Shown here: positions 12,513 to 26,743 of the stretch, one piece after another
Layout of the letters: each line of letters begins with the position of its first letter
Numbering within the stretch: the first letter of the stretch is position 1
Assembly (NCBI GenBank): GCA_040357565.1
Contig: JBDODJ010000096.1
Length of the DNA: 42,184 bases
Source: Cercozoa sp. M6MM
Taxonomy: Eukaryota; Protista; Endomyxa: Ascetosporea
Direction: 5' to 3' (one strand)
The notes under the pieces: generated by a model
Databases searched by the model: none
Told to the model about the DNA's origin: nothing
Seen by the model: the letters and a program-made list of their open reading frames with translations, nothing else
Position numbers and translations under genes: made by a program

Positions 12513-12604
12513 CTTAGAATGGCACGCGATGAGGTACACTCACCGATCTTATGGCGCGCACCCGTTTATTCTGATGTTGGCCCCCTTAAACGGAAGTTTT
12601 CTGG

Positions 12605-12668
12605 GTACAGTACAGTACTGTATAGTAATGTACAGTACTGTACTGTACTGGTCTGGTCGCGCGACCAG
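12605..12668. promoter_or_regulatory. Palindromic array in the VPS41/G-alpha divergent intergenic region
   Basis: Perfect 18-bp inverted repeat GTACAGTACAGTACTGTA-(8 nt)-TACAGTACTGTACTGTAC (12605-12648), followed by the 16-bp palindrome CTGGTCGCGCGACCAG (12653-12668). A regulatory role is inferred from position only. Confidence 0.4.
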
Positions 12669-13021
12669 CCAGTGACTTGATTCAAAAACGGATCACGACT
12701 GCTTGTGCACGCACAGCACAAGAGACGTACTTCTTATTGTCGAAACCTACAGCAGCACGTTTTCGTCAAGCACACAAGGGCCAGGTACCGCGTAATACTG
12801 TAGTGCAGCTTGTTTCTTCTGACGCCAGAACGGTTGCAGCGTGGTGCTAGCTAGTCCGTGTGTGTGTGTTTAACTCCAACAGCTTCAAACAAAATGGATT
12901 TGAGCGCGTTTCACATTTTGTTTCTTTCCCGGTTTCCGTTTCCCATGAGCAGCGCGTGGCCTTTCTTTTTTGGGGTGTTTTGCCCGTATATGTTGTATGC
13001 ACAGTGTACTGACGCACCGAG

Positions 13022-15021
<2,000 letters not shown>

Positions 15022-15533
15022 ACAGAGCAGACTCCTAGGGCACGTTGAGTGTTTGTGCGTGATACGGACCGCCTTCGCATCGTGACAGCTTACGGCACCA
15101 ACAGCACTCCATCTCGTCATTCCTGTCGGTATGCGTTTCCTTTTTGATTGGCTTGCGGCCGCGTTCCACGTTGCTCACCGGCTCGGTCCGACGTCGACGT
15201 GGGTAATGTAATGTAGTCGCCGCAGCAACATTCCCGTTTTGTTTGTATATTAAAGTGTTACTGACGGTTGCCAATGAAAAGAACTAAATAAAAGACCGCA
15301 TCGTCCACGCGGTGACCTGGCTATCGCTTCTGACTTCTTTGTGTGGGAGAGCTGGAAATGTTGGTCTCACTTACGAGACCAACACTCCCTCAACATGCAA
15401 GACCGACAAACTAATTTCCGCTTAAACAGCCCCTCCAAACTTGCCAGTTTGTATCTGAACTTACTCGCCGTCGATAGTTTTAGTTCACGTCAAGAAACTA
15501 ACTGTCAGACAGCGAGGCGAACCGAAGCTCCGT

Positions 15534-16507
15534 CTACTCAGGGCCAAACCGAGACGGCACGGCGAGCAGTTCAGCGAGCTTGGTCAGCTCTGTGCGATGC
15601 TCCTGCAATACACAAAAAAATCACAGGGCGTGCAACAAGAACCACCAACTGCTGGCACAATACTTGGACAAAATTGACGATGTTGCGCGCAGAAGCCTTT
15701 TTGGCACCAAGCACGTGCAAGCTTTCTTCACTTTCGGCATGCTGCACAAGATACAGAGGGATGGGTAATGCTATGCTGCACTGACGACCTTGGAGACAAG
15801 CCTACACGAAGAAAGTCTGCCAGTGAAGTTGGCGCATTAGGGGTTGACAGCAGCGTCTGCGCGAGTTTCTTACCTACGGGTAATTAATTACAACAGCAGC
15901 AAGAGGACAAAGCAGCAGCAACTCAAATCCCTACCCAGCGAAGGAATGCCGAGTGCAATCAGATGACATTCCGAAAATGGTAACTGTGAATGCCAATCTT
16001 GCTTTGCACAAGACATAGCCATGCATGCGCGTGCAAGTGAATACCTGGCGTGCACCGACAACATTTTTCAGTAGATCAGATATGTTGTTGTCACCCATAC
16101 TCGGGACTTCCAAGAGTCCCTGTATATTACACTTAATTTGCATTTATTTTTCTATTTATGGATACAAACATAGACAAGCGTACCGCGCGATCGTTCTCCG
16201 ACAATTCCAGGAGAGCGGAGATCGTTCCCACGATGCCTAAACACACGAACATAATATCAAGTAAAGTTTTCGACAAGAACAAGTACCCTCGTTTTGAAGA
16301 ATGCCAGCATCGAGCAGCTTCTTGATGGTTGCATAACTCACGCCGCTGAACAACACGTGCAAACATGCGCAAACAAGAGATTAAGAAGATGCATACTCGA
16401 TGTTTAAGGCATCCTTTCCGCAGGCGTGCGAAACCACATCGGCCACGCGAACCTCGCAGTCGCTGGCGCAACGAAGCTCCTTGTCTGTACAAGTGAGCAG
16501 CGATTTA

Positions 16508-16543
<36 letters not shown>

Positions 16544-17666
16544 CACATACAAAAAACCAGATACAGTCGTTAGAGTGCGTAACAGGCTCGCGTCGAGCAC
16601 ACGGGCAGTGCGTCGGAAGTGGACTGTCTCTGTGCAACACATACAAACACACACACGCACACACGCGTCGGTACACGCGCCAAAATGTGAAAGAGGAAGA
16701 GCCATTCGCACCGATCAGAGTAAAGGGCGAGCATTTCCTTGTCCGGAACAAAGCTAGTTTGAGTGCTGCTGCACAAGGACATGTCGCCAGTCACGTCCAC
16801 GATAGACGGAATGTCGCCCCTGAACTGGACAACAGCCAGAACTCCTTTCTTCAACCGCGCCATGCTCTGAAGGACACACTTGGGACACTCGCTGGCTCGT
16901 ATAGAGGTGGACTGAGGAAAACGCACCAAATTGAACTTGTGGCAGTAGGAGCCGTTGTGCAGACTCACTGAATCCACGGTTCTGGTTCCATCTGTGCGCA
17001 CACGATATACGAGCAATTTCAGCCAGCAGAAAAATCGAACTACGCTGGATTGGAAAAACCGTTGCTGTCGGTACGAGCTTTCCTTGTCTCTTTGTGGCCC
17101 TATTAAGTACAAATTTACCTATGCACACACATAAACTACAGATGAAGAGCTATACCACTGGATGGATCGAATACGCACAAGCTGTGGCGTTGATGAAGAC
17201 TTTAGCGCGATAGATGACTTGGGATGCTTGGCCGTGGCACCTAGCTGCTGGGCCAACTGCTCACACAGCATCATAACGAGCTGCGTTCCCGTGGATACAG
17301 TCAAGTACATCGAGATCGTCAGTCTTGAGCACAACGCCATCACACGTGAACTCGTCCACCTGGTCGGGTGCACTCGATACAGATACACATCGGAATCGAA
17401 AACACAAACGTACCAAGGGCCGGAAACGCATGATTTGATCGAGAGCATGGTCGTTTTCACCCTCTACACAGTACATGAGTGCGTGAATTACTGGGACATA
17501 CTGTATATGCACGACAAGGATACCGGGCAAGTTGATGGTAAAAGCCTTTGGGTCGACATCAAAGCCGCGTTCCTTGAGCCACTCGTGTGTCATCTCCTGC
17601 GAAAGCAGAGACGCGGTATATATATATGTATCTCTTTATATATTTATATATCCATATAAGATAGCT

Positions 17667-17716
<50 letters not shown>

Positions 17717-17726
17717 NNNNNNNNNN

Positions 17727-17775
<49 letters not shown>

Positions 17776-18549
17776 TACCTGTGTTGCGGCAAAGTACTCG
17801 CACTGTCCAGGCGGCAACAAGCGCCAGGCCGAAAATGCCATAAAAGTCACTGATAGCTTCTCATTCGCCTCCTGCGGCTGTTTGGAGCGCATGAGCGACA
17901 CGACAGCGTGGCGCGCCGTGGCATACCGCGTGTTTGCTTGCGTAAAGACCTTGTCTTTCATCACCTGCACAAGCACAGCCGAGGAAGATGATGCGAATGC
18001 CTGCATACATCATCGAACAAAAACAAACCAGCTCGCCGCGCACCTCCCACAGAGGGTAGGGGCAGTTCCGATCAATAGGGTTCCACTTGGAACCGCTGCT
18101 ATCATTGTCGAACAGTAAACGCGGAGTGCTGTTGTTCCCCAACACATCGTTTAAAGGGGCGCAATCAATGTATCTGCGAAAGTTATCAGTGCAGTCCTCG
18201 CCCTCTGTACCGTCACCACGTGTCACTGCTCGCAGCAGTCTGTCGCCTGTCAACGCATGTGATACATCATCACGAGATAACAATGCATGGAAGAGGGACC
18301 TGACGGTGTGCGCGCAAAGACAAGCGACAACGCAATGCCGTCAAGCTTGCTTTCGACGCGTAGACGATCAACGCCCGCTTTCTTCACTCGCTTGGCGAAC
18401 TTGAGCACCTGTTCTCGACCAACATGGTCGATACTGGCGCCTTCTTCACGGCCGAGGTTGTCGTGCTCTTCACTTTTCCTAAAACAGCACAGACCAGATT
18501 ACCTGAATACGATCTGGGTCTTCTGTGTGTGCGTGTGCGTGCGCGTGCG

Positions 18550-18582
<33 letters not shown>

Positions 18583-19091
18583 ACCACGTGTCAGCAAGCG
18601 CATCACCTCGAAACACGTGTTGCAGCGATAGCATCTGTACATGCACAGCAAACGTAAACCACAGCAAACATTCACCAAGACACAGAAGTTACCGGCACAA
18701 AATGACGGTGCTTTCCGCCCGTCTCGGCTTTCACCAAAACAATTTCTTCTTCCGTCTGCAGTGGCACATGCAACGACACACAAAACATACAGAAAATGCA
18801 CCTTTTTTAGTTCGCGCAACTCTTCGACCAGCGCGTCATAAACCTCGTCGGTGATCATTTCCACCTGCCAAAAACAATTGAAAATGCCATCGGAAACAAC
18901 GACGTCGGTACGTTTGCAAGAGACGGATCCTGTGGCCATGTGTACTTTCGCGCGTAACGATCAACTAGTGCCTCCAGCTCGCGTACACGGTCTTCGCGTT
19001 CGCGCGGGGACAGTTCGTTTCTTGAACTCACATGTTGGCGACGCAAAGAAACGCGGGACGTCGTCCGGCGCAGCAACCTTGCAGTACGCAT
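15534..19091 (-). CDS. ligA: NAD+-dependent DNA ligase (LigA family) with predicted mitochondrial presequence; no BRCT domain; about 20 introns
   Basis: Ordered LigA motifs: Ia domain ITDEVYDALVEELREL; HFVPMLSLQHVF; motif I ESKLDGIALSLVF (Lys codon 18346-18348); AVTRGDGTEGEDCTDN; motif III EVRGE; YATARHAVVSLMR; motif IV FTCDGVVLK; motif V LGATAKHPKSSIALK; OB fold GKLVPTA, VSLHN and FRGDIPSI; Zn site PTHCPC...LRCASDC; HhH VPSMG and LIALGIPSLG. Stop TAG at 15534-15536. Confidence 0.92.
17670..17773. repeat. (TG)n microsatellite with a 10-N gap, intronic
   Basis: Direct reading; inside a ligA intron. Confidence 0.95.
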
Positions 19092-19333
19092 GCTCCCAAG
19101 TGTGTGCGCTATTCTTAAATACAAGAAACAGCGAGAAGGACGAGCAGGAATGCGACAACAATCAGAATTTTACAAATCAAGTCTACATGGCTACAGCGAG
19201 CGAAACTGTTTCAGCTACAGTAAGTTTTGAGTGCACGCGACGCAGGTTTCGGCGTTATTACCCCAGCTTCGACCATAGCTCGAACTACTGTACACCTGCC
19301 AAGCGATTTGTTTTTCTCCCGGGTGCCGGTCGG

Positions 19334-22001
19334 ATGCTGCAACAAGCGAGGCAGGCCGCCAGTGCACGGCGGAATGAGTTGCATGAGGAGGACTCTCTCA
19401 GACTTTTGGATGACTACTCGCAAGACTCTGTAGAGGCAGGAACTGCACCCGACACTCTTTCAGTCACCTACCTCGATAAACTGCTCGGTAGGCGTAAATG
19501 TGTGGCACCAAAGTTACTTAGTATTCTCCCACCCGCACACGCACAGACAGACAAGGTTGGCGCAGGACGCACACACACCTCTTTGCTGTCGCCTTTCTCG
19601 CTTTGTTCGCATCGGCCATTCAAACTGTCGCGTACCGTGACTGGTCTTAGCCCTGCGTGGATTGTCCTTGATACATACCTCCACCCTTGGTGAGCAGCGT
19701 AAGTTTTGTGCTGCCTTACTTTCGCGACGAGTTGTCGTTTTCGTCGGCGCAATGCGGCTGGATTCTCACGGTTCTCCCAACTTTTCCCTCTTCTTTCCTT
19801 CATCTCTGCCTGCGATACACCCTCTTTACCCGTCTTTAGATGATCTATGTTGGTATGCTGTGCGGCGACATTGTCTTTGGCCCGTTGGTATCTTGCGCTT
19901 AAGTACTACTTGGTACGAAATTGTCCACTTGTGTAGGGCGACAGAATAGGCAGACGAAACTCACTGTGAGCTTGTTTTTAATGTGTCCTTCTTTTAAGGC
20001 AGTGTCGTATGCTGTGCTTGACAGAGTGATCTCGCTGTCATTGGGTGCTTTCGCGATGATCGCTGCCGGTGCGTGGATCAAGCTGTTCTGGCATGCCATG
20101 ATGATTTTTTTCTGTGCTGGTTTTGCGGTACAAATACACGTTTGTACACAGTTGCCTGCGATGACATCTATGCAGTATTTATTAAAAGGCTGGACCGACA
20201 TTGATGCTTGCCTTCGTGTACTTTGGCGAGTTCTGGGGCACCTTGAGGCGCAGCAAGGTTGGTCCAAGTCGTTTTTCGGTGTGAGTTTTGCTAAAAAATG
20301 TGTGGTATGTAGGCATTGATGCTACTCGGATTCTCTTGGCTAATCGGCACCTCTTGTCTCGCACTGCACGCCTTTCTCTTGCTTGGTACATCAAGGTGTC
20401 TCTCTCGCTTCCTCAAAGGTGCAGCAAGGCAGATACGTATGGGCGTAGGCACAAGTGAGAAGGGCATGTGGCGCACCTTTCTCATGACTGGCGCCGTTCC
20501 TTCGTTGCGTAACGTGCATGCCGGAGTGTGTGTGTGTGTGTGTGTATGTGTGTGTGTGTGTGTGTGTGTTATATGTCTATGCGCAGTGGCCGCGGCGTTG
20601 CTTTTGATGTCCCCACAGTCGCCGTTTTTTCTGCTGCAGGCACGTCGCGAAAGTTTGCTCCGTCGCACATTGTTCCGTCTTACGCACGAACCAGCGGTGC
20701 ACGAGAGACGTTTAGATAGCCGGGCTCGTGTCGCTAGGTACGTGTGCATTGGTCTGTGTGTATAAGAATTTCATATAAGAGTGCTACGCCACACAGCGAA
20801 AGCAAGTTCTTGGAGATGCTCAAGATCCGCTCCACACTGCGACCTTTGGCCACTGTCGGTACATTCTCTCTTCTCCCTCAGGGACAGATTAAGTATAGAC
20901 TGTGTCCCTCAGGGCTGCTTTACTTTTCCTTGTCGTTTGCATACTACGGACTCGTACCGCACGCCTCTTTTCCCTGAGCCTGTCTTCGCTCCTTCTGGTT
21001 AACCAGCGTCTTGCGAGCAGGTGCAATGGCTGCCCGAGTTTTTGGATCGTATAAACGAGCCGGCTGCCGGTACTGCCGACCAGGACACCGACGAGCTAAA
21101 CATCTACTTTGTAAGCTCCGTGCTCTGTCTCTACCTCCTAGTGCATACACTATGTGCGTTGGTAGGTCGTGTTGCTTTCTAACTTGTCACAAATCCCTGG
21201 CAATTCTGTCGCTCTGTACTCCTTGTCTACATAGCAATGTGACATGTCCACTACTTTTATTGCCGGTACCAAAGGTGGCTCGTGCACCAACACAGCGATC
21301 GTGGTCTGCGTGTCGTCACCATCGCTTCGCTTGCCCTGTCGGTAGATGACCTAAACTTGTGGTTTGCTTTCCTATCACCGGTTGGTACAAAGGCCGGAGC
21401 GACGGTTCTTTTTGCGTTGGCCAACGACTCGACGCAGGTACACCACGCTTCAAGCGGGCGGGATGCCTGCCGTGTACACTGGGTGTGCAGGCTACGGTGG
21501 CATCATGTGTGCTTGGTGCCGTATCTATTGGAGCTTGGTCTGCTTTGAATGGTACCTATGCGCTCCGTACCAGACGGACGAAACACATGTATGATGTTGC
21601 TTGTTTGAATACGCTTAGTCCTGTGCGCCGCGGCCTTTCCGTCGAGGGTTCGCACGACTGCGTTCGGTGCGATGACTCCGCTGTGTCTGCTGTGTCTTCG
21701 TGGGTGCTGATACACTGTGCTGTGTTTGCAGGCAGCGTGGCCGCTCTGGGTCGTATCGGCAGTATCCTCGGTGTGCTCGCCTTTGGCTACTTGGTCGATG
21801 TGGGTCGTGCCGTGCCGATCCTTCTGGGTACAGTATATAGCACTGCTTCTGTCAGTTTTCCACGATCCTCTGTGAGTCTTGTTGCTGCTTGTAGCCGCTG
21901 CCTTCTTTGCCGTGGCGGCACTCGCGGCGATTTTGCACAATTACACGCCGGCGAAAGACACGATTTTGACGGTCGACGGCGGCGACAGTGACTGCGATTA
22001 G
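19334..22001 (+). CDS. Major facilitator superfamily transporter (SV2/SVOP-like), multi-exon
   Basis: Many hydrophobic exons, plus LMSPQSPFFLL (PESPxxL-like after TM6), SFAYYGL (TM7-like) and VAALGRIGSILGVLAFGYLVD (TM11-like). C-terminus HNYTPAKDTILTVDGGDSDCD*. The start codon is uncertain. Confidence 0.7.
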
Positions 22002-22686
22002 CAGCACGACTGGTGCAGTCTGACTCGGCGATTTAATCACATACGCTCGGCCGCGTCGCCACTCCGTTTCCTTCTTGCGATCGCATGATGGATGCCATGC
22101 GTGTCGTGCGCCGCGCACGGCACCGTATCACGACACCGACCGGATAGACAGTTCTGTGCAGCTACGGTATGGAAACCGTAACATAAATCGAACTTCTTGA
22201 CCGCAAACCTTTAAGTTCGTTCTGTCGTGCACTTGTTTGGTGTGACATAACGTAAGTATATTTACATTATCGCACAACAAAGTACATTATTCACGGCTTC
22301 GGACACCAGACTGTACTAAATCAGTGACACCATGAGGAGGAGCTCAGACGGACGCGTACATTGCAGGAATCCCAGCTTGGTTGTCATGGAAAGTAATATG
22401 AGCAATGGCAAAAGTACAATGTCCAACTGCGCCGCGAACAAGCATATTGATACATCAATAGCTGTCATATTAGACACAGATGGCATCCCAGCTTGATTGT
22501 CATACAAGTGTATCAACATGCTGTCATACAATGCACTGTACGTGCCAAACATATCTGATATCAGATATTGGCGGAAATAGTTTAAAATAAGTTGTTGCAG
22601 CATCGCTGTTGTACTGTCCTGTACAGTCTTGTACACTCCTTGATCAATAGGCAAACCCAGCGCACGTCCGGCAGGAGGCAGCATAG

Positions 22687-23393
22687 ATGCCCACCGTGCC
22701 TTCTGAGGTGCCTTTCATCTTGCATGTTGCTTGGCATTACGATTGTGAAATTGTGTGTGCGTGTTTTTTGCCGAGCTTTCATGTGGTGTGCAGGAAGAAG
22801 TCGTTGTTGTGGGTGAAAAGCGCCCACAGCCGCCGACAGAGGCCAACAAACCTCCAGCGTCGGCGGTAGTCGCGACGGCCGTTGACAAGAAGCGCGCGCG
22901 CATTGTAACCAATGTCGACAAGTTGAGGTAGGGGAGTGAGTTGCATTTCAAGCGTGTGTTGTCTTACCTCTAGTTTGCAGTGAGGCGCAAAAATCGACTT
23001 ATTCGCGAGTGTGCGAGGTGTTTTTGCTTGTGCGATTGTACAGAAGAGAAGCACATGTGATTGCCTGCAGGAACGCCAGCGTTACCTGCAGCAATGGTGG
23101 CACGCCTCCCTTCCGACAGGTTTGCGCAAGTCACTTGTTTGGTAAAATGCGTAGTTGTATCTCTTCTTTGCCGGAAGTTTTTGATATGCACAGGCATTTT
23201 AACCGCCTGCTGCCGAAGTTCAAGCATCTATTGCAAGGGTAAATACTGGCCTTTGGCTCCCTGGCACTTACTTTGTTCTGTGCAGCGAGCGGCAAGTCGT
23301 ACTGCAGAGCAACGCTGTGCGCATGGTGGCGCTCTTTGCCGCCGAGAGACACGGCGAAACCCAACAGGTGTGTGTGTGCGTTTGTGTGTGTAC

Positions 23394-23443
<50 letters not shown>

Positions 23444-24945
23444 ATGTGTATGTTCGGACTGATGTAGTTACTGCAAGAGTTGTATGACACCGTCAACGAC
23501 CTGCCTTGTGGTAGAACCGGTTTCGCTTGTAGCACACCTGGTGTCGATATCTTTGACTTTCCTAGACGAGAGCGTGCTGCGCGAGGTGCTGCTCAGCGCG
23601 GCAACGTCGCGCGAATATGGTTCGAAGCAAGCGCCCGTCAACGCCGAGGCCGACACTCGCACCGTGTGGGAGGTGTCACCTGCCCACATGAAGGAGGCGC
23701 TCGAGCTTGAGCCTGTCGATGGCGACACTGATGTGCTGCAGAACGATGAGATCTTGCTGCATGTCCGGTCACTCAAAAAGTACCATTGCTTTAAAAGAGT
23801 GGCACCGTGTAGATATTTGTGTGGATAGGCTGCGCACGAAGCGGCAAAAGCTCGTGTCCTGCTGTGACCGCGTACTGCGCGAACTGGAGAAGAAAACGGC
23901 GCCGACCGATGCAAAACTGACCGAGCTGACCGATGCTATCACCAAGGCATATTCACATGTCTCTCTCACCCATGCTGTTCCTATCGTGTGTTTCTTATAC
24001 CAACTTTTGCTAGGCGAGAAAGGCTCTGACGGACAGCGAGAGCGAAGTGGCTGCGCGAGTCGACAAGTACCGCAAACAACAGGCTAAGTATGTTTTCTTT
24101 CGCCAAGGGTGTGTGTGTGTATGTGTGTGTGTGTACGCTATGTATTCGCGGTCGTAGGAAGCAAAATAAGCGACAGGCAGCGGCGCAGAAGGCAATTGAG
24201 CGGCAGCGCATGCAGGAAGCGAAACAGGCGGCGCAGCAGCAAAAGTTGCAGGACAAGGACAAGAAGGTGCCCAAGACCCCGGGAAGCAAAAAGAAGGTCG
24301 TGCAGAGCAACACCTTGTTCGCCATGTTCGGCAGCTCGATCAAGAAGCAGCCTTTGACACAAGCGACAGAGGTATGTTTTCTTGTTTGCGTGGGTGTTGT
24401 TGCCGTTGCTGCCACAACGAACACTGCTGTTGTTACGCAGGAGGTGCTGACGTCGATGACACCTCTGACACCGGCGACCGACATTCTGAGCGACTACGTT
24501 TTGCCTGTGCCGCCTTCGTCGTCGGCGAGAGGACACCGGTCATTGCCGGCACTGCTGCCATGTGATGGCGACAGCACCGATGTCCTGGCCTCCTTGCAGC
24601 AACGGCTGCGTACGTGGTCGCAACAGGTAGCGTATCGAACAATGAAGATGAATTGCGATGGCACAGAAGGAGAGTTTGTGAGTATGCCATGTGTTGACAG
24701 AAGCGACGCGAGCGAAAGAGTGCCCGTGATTTGGCGCGGCAAATTCGCTCGTGGCAGCGTCGTGATTGGTACCACTGCTCCATTGTATCTTTTACTCCTT
24801 TACCCACCGCTTTATGGCACAGGCACAAGGCCGAGAACGGCCGCTGGGACATGCAGCCGCTCAGCGAGGTCGAACAAGACGTGTTGCACCGTCTGAGACG
24901 ACCGTCGCTGGAGAAGCCGTTCGAACTGCTGGTACACAGGCACAC

Positions 24946-25018
<73 letters not shown>

Positions 25019-25028
25019 NNNNNNNNNN

Positions 25029-25107
<79 letters not shown>

Positions 25108-26197
25108 ATGTTTGCAACTAGCCGTTGAAGTCAGTCAGTTTCACCTCATGCTACGACAAGATCCACCTCGCCGACGCGCACGCGTACTCTGGCGAGGATC
25201 TGCCCCATGTGTATCTCTACGCATAACTGTGCCTGTATGTTGGTGTGGGTGTATGAACTTGTTTGGTAGCTACATGAACGACACGTTTTGGGGAACCTCC
25301 CGTATCGACTGGGAGGATGCACTCGCCGAGACTCGCATCTGTGCGTTTTCCAGCCTTTGACCGCTACCATTCTTACTATTCTGTTCATATATAGCCGGGC
25401 GACGGCCGCTTTACCGCGATGCCGACACGGAGGATTTTTTTGACTACGAGTTCGGCGATGTTAAGCTCGAGGAAGGTGACGGCATTGCGTTGAGCGACGA
25501 CGAGAACGAAGAGGATGACGATGACAATCAGGGTTTTTCCTTCTGCTGTCACGAATGATTGCAGTGTGCCTTGATATCGGGTGCTCCCATAGGTGTCAGT
25601 CCCACTCCGGCGAGCGAACTGGATGACTTTTTGGCTGTCGAACCGGACATCGACGATTGCGCCGATGTGCACTCTGTCATGCGACTGGTCTGCTCCTCCC
25701 CTTGCGTGTCAGGGTGCCTCTGTGTCTTGTGTGATTTATTCGGTGCTTACTTTCTGTAGGGAGTGGTGCGCTTCTCGCGCTCGCAACTCGCACAAGCGCG
25801 AAAGAACCCAGAGTCAGCAGCGCCCAAAAAGTCTTCTGAGTCGTTGGCACTCACCGGCCTGGTTTGCTTAATCTAACTCGTTTGTTTACTTTGCATCTCA
25901 CAAAGGTACGCTTGTATATAGGACGAAAGGCATAAGCTGCTTGTCAAATTCGCCAAGGTCTGCTCGATTACGTTGACGCGTCCTCCGAAGAAACGCCGCA
26001 AGAAGCGTCGCAAGAAGAAAACGACCAAGAAGTCTGCTTCGGACAAGAACAAATCGATCAAGAAGGGTTCTGCCTCTGTCAAGAAGAAACCTAAAGCAGG
26101 TTCGACGGTCAAGAAAACGCCCAGCAAGACGACGACGCGCACAATATCCATTGCCGCGCTCCTGCAGCAGCAGGCAGCCAAAACACCTCAAAAGTAA
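22687..26197 (+). CDS. CHAF1A: Chromatin assembly factor 1 large subunit (p150/Cac1)-like protein
   Basis: K/E/R/Q-rich coiled coil (KQNKRQAAAQKAIERQRMQEAKQ) followed by a PIP-like QSNTLFAMF. Then TFWGTSR (cf. AYWGTW), RRPLYRD...FDYEFGD...EGDGIALSDDENEEDDDD and ELDDFLAVE (CAF1A acidic domain), and a basic K-rich C-terminus. Confidence 0.6.
24951..25102. repeat. (CA)n/(TA)n microsatellite with a 10-N gap, intronic
   Basis: Direct reading; inside a CAF-1 intron. Confidence 0.95.
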
Positions 26198-26743
26198 GTG
26201 ACGAACTGACGTGAGGCTGCTCACATCACCTTAAGTCACCACATCTGCCAGCACGGCTACCCAATCAAAAGTGCATGAGTACGGATAAGGTTTACCCCGC
26301 CCTCTCCCCCCGCGCTGTCGCGTCGGGACTGATCAGCATTCGGCATCCAGAGTCTCTCAATCATCCATCAAAAGTGATTGAGTTTTGGCAACTTGATTGA
26401 CCCTTCCCTACGGCTGCAGTTACAAAATCAGTTCCAAAACCACTCGAATTGCTCCGTCGGGGTACCCCTAGGTTTGTTCGCATCGTTTTGCACCACTTGG
26501 CAGAGAGGGGTGACATTTTTTGGCGGCCAGACCTTCCAACCAATATCGACTTTTCGCGTGCTGACCTGCGGCAAATTCGTCAAAAACCGAGCCCTTCTCA
26601 ATTCCGACGGTACAATTGTAGTTTCTTCCGTGCCCTGTGGTTTGTTTGCTCGGTCGGTGTCCTTACACCTCAAAGAACCCAGTATTCTATGTTGCTTGGC
26701 ACTTGACACTGTGGCTACACCAGTTCCAAAGGATATAGTTGCC

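Noticed and set aside
12605-12648. loxP/dif-like recombination site (inverted arms with an 8-bp spacer)
   Set aside because: The arms are low-complexity CAGTA repeats and no recombinase is present in the window.
15341-15784. 147-aa plus-strand ORF, and other plus-strand ORFs from 16426 to 18404
   Set aside because: They are antisense to ligA exons and carry no recognisable motifs.
15534-19091. ligA as bacterial contamination or a mis-join at the N gap
   Set aside because: The gene has host-style spliceosomal introns, and motif order is preserved across the 17717-17726 gap.
22316-22684. 122-aa intronless minus-strand ORF as a gene
   Set aside because: No recognisable domain, atypical composition, and it overlaps the presumed CAF-1 promoter.
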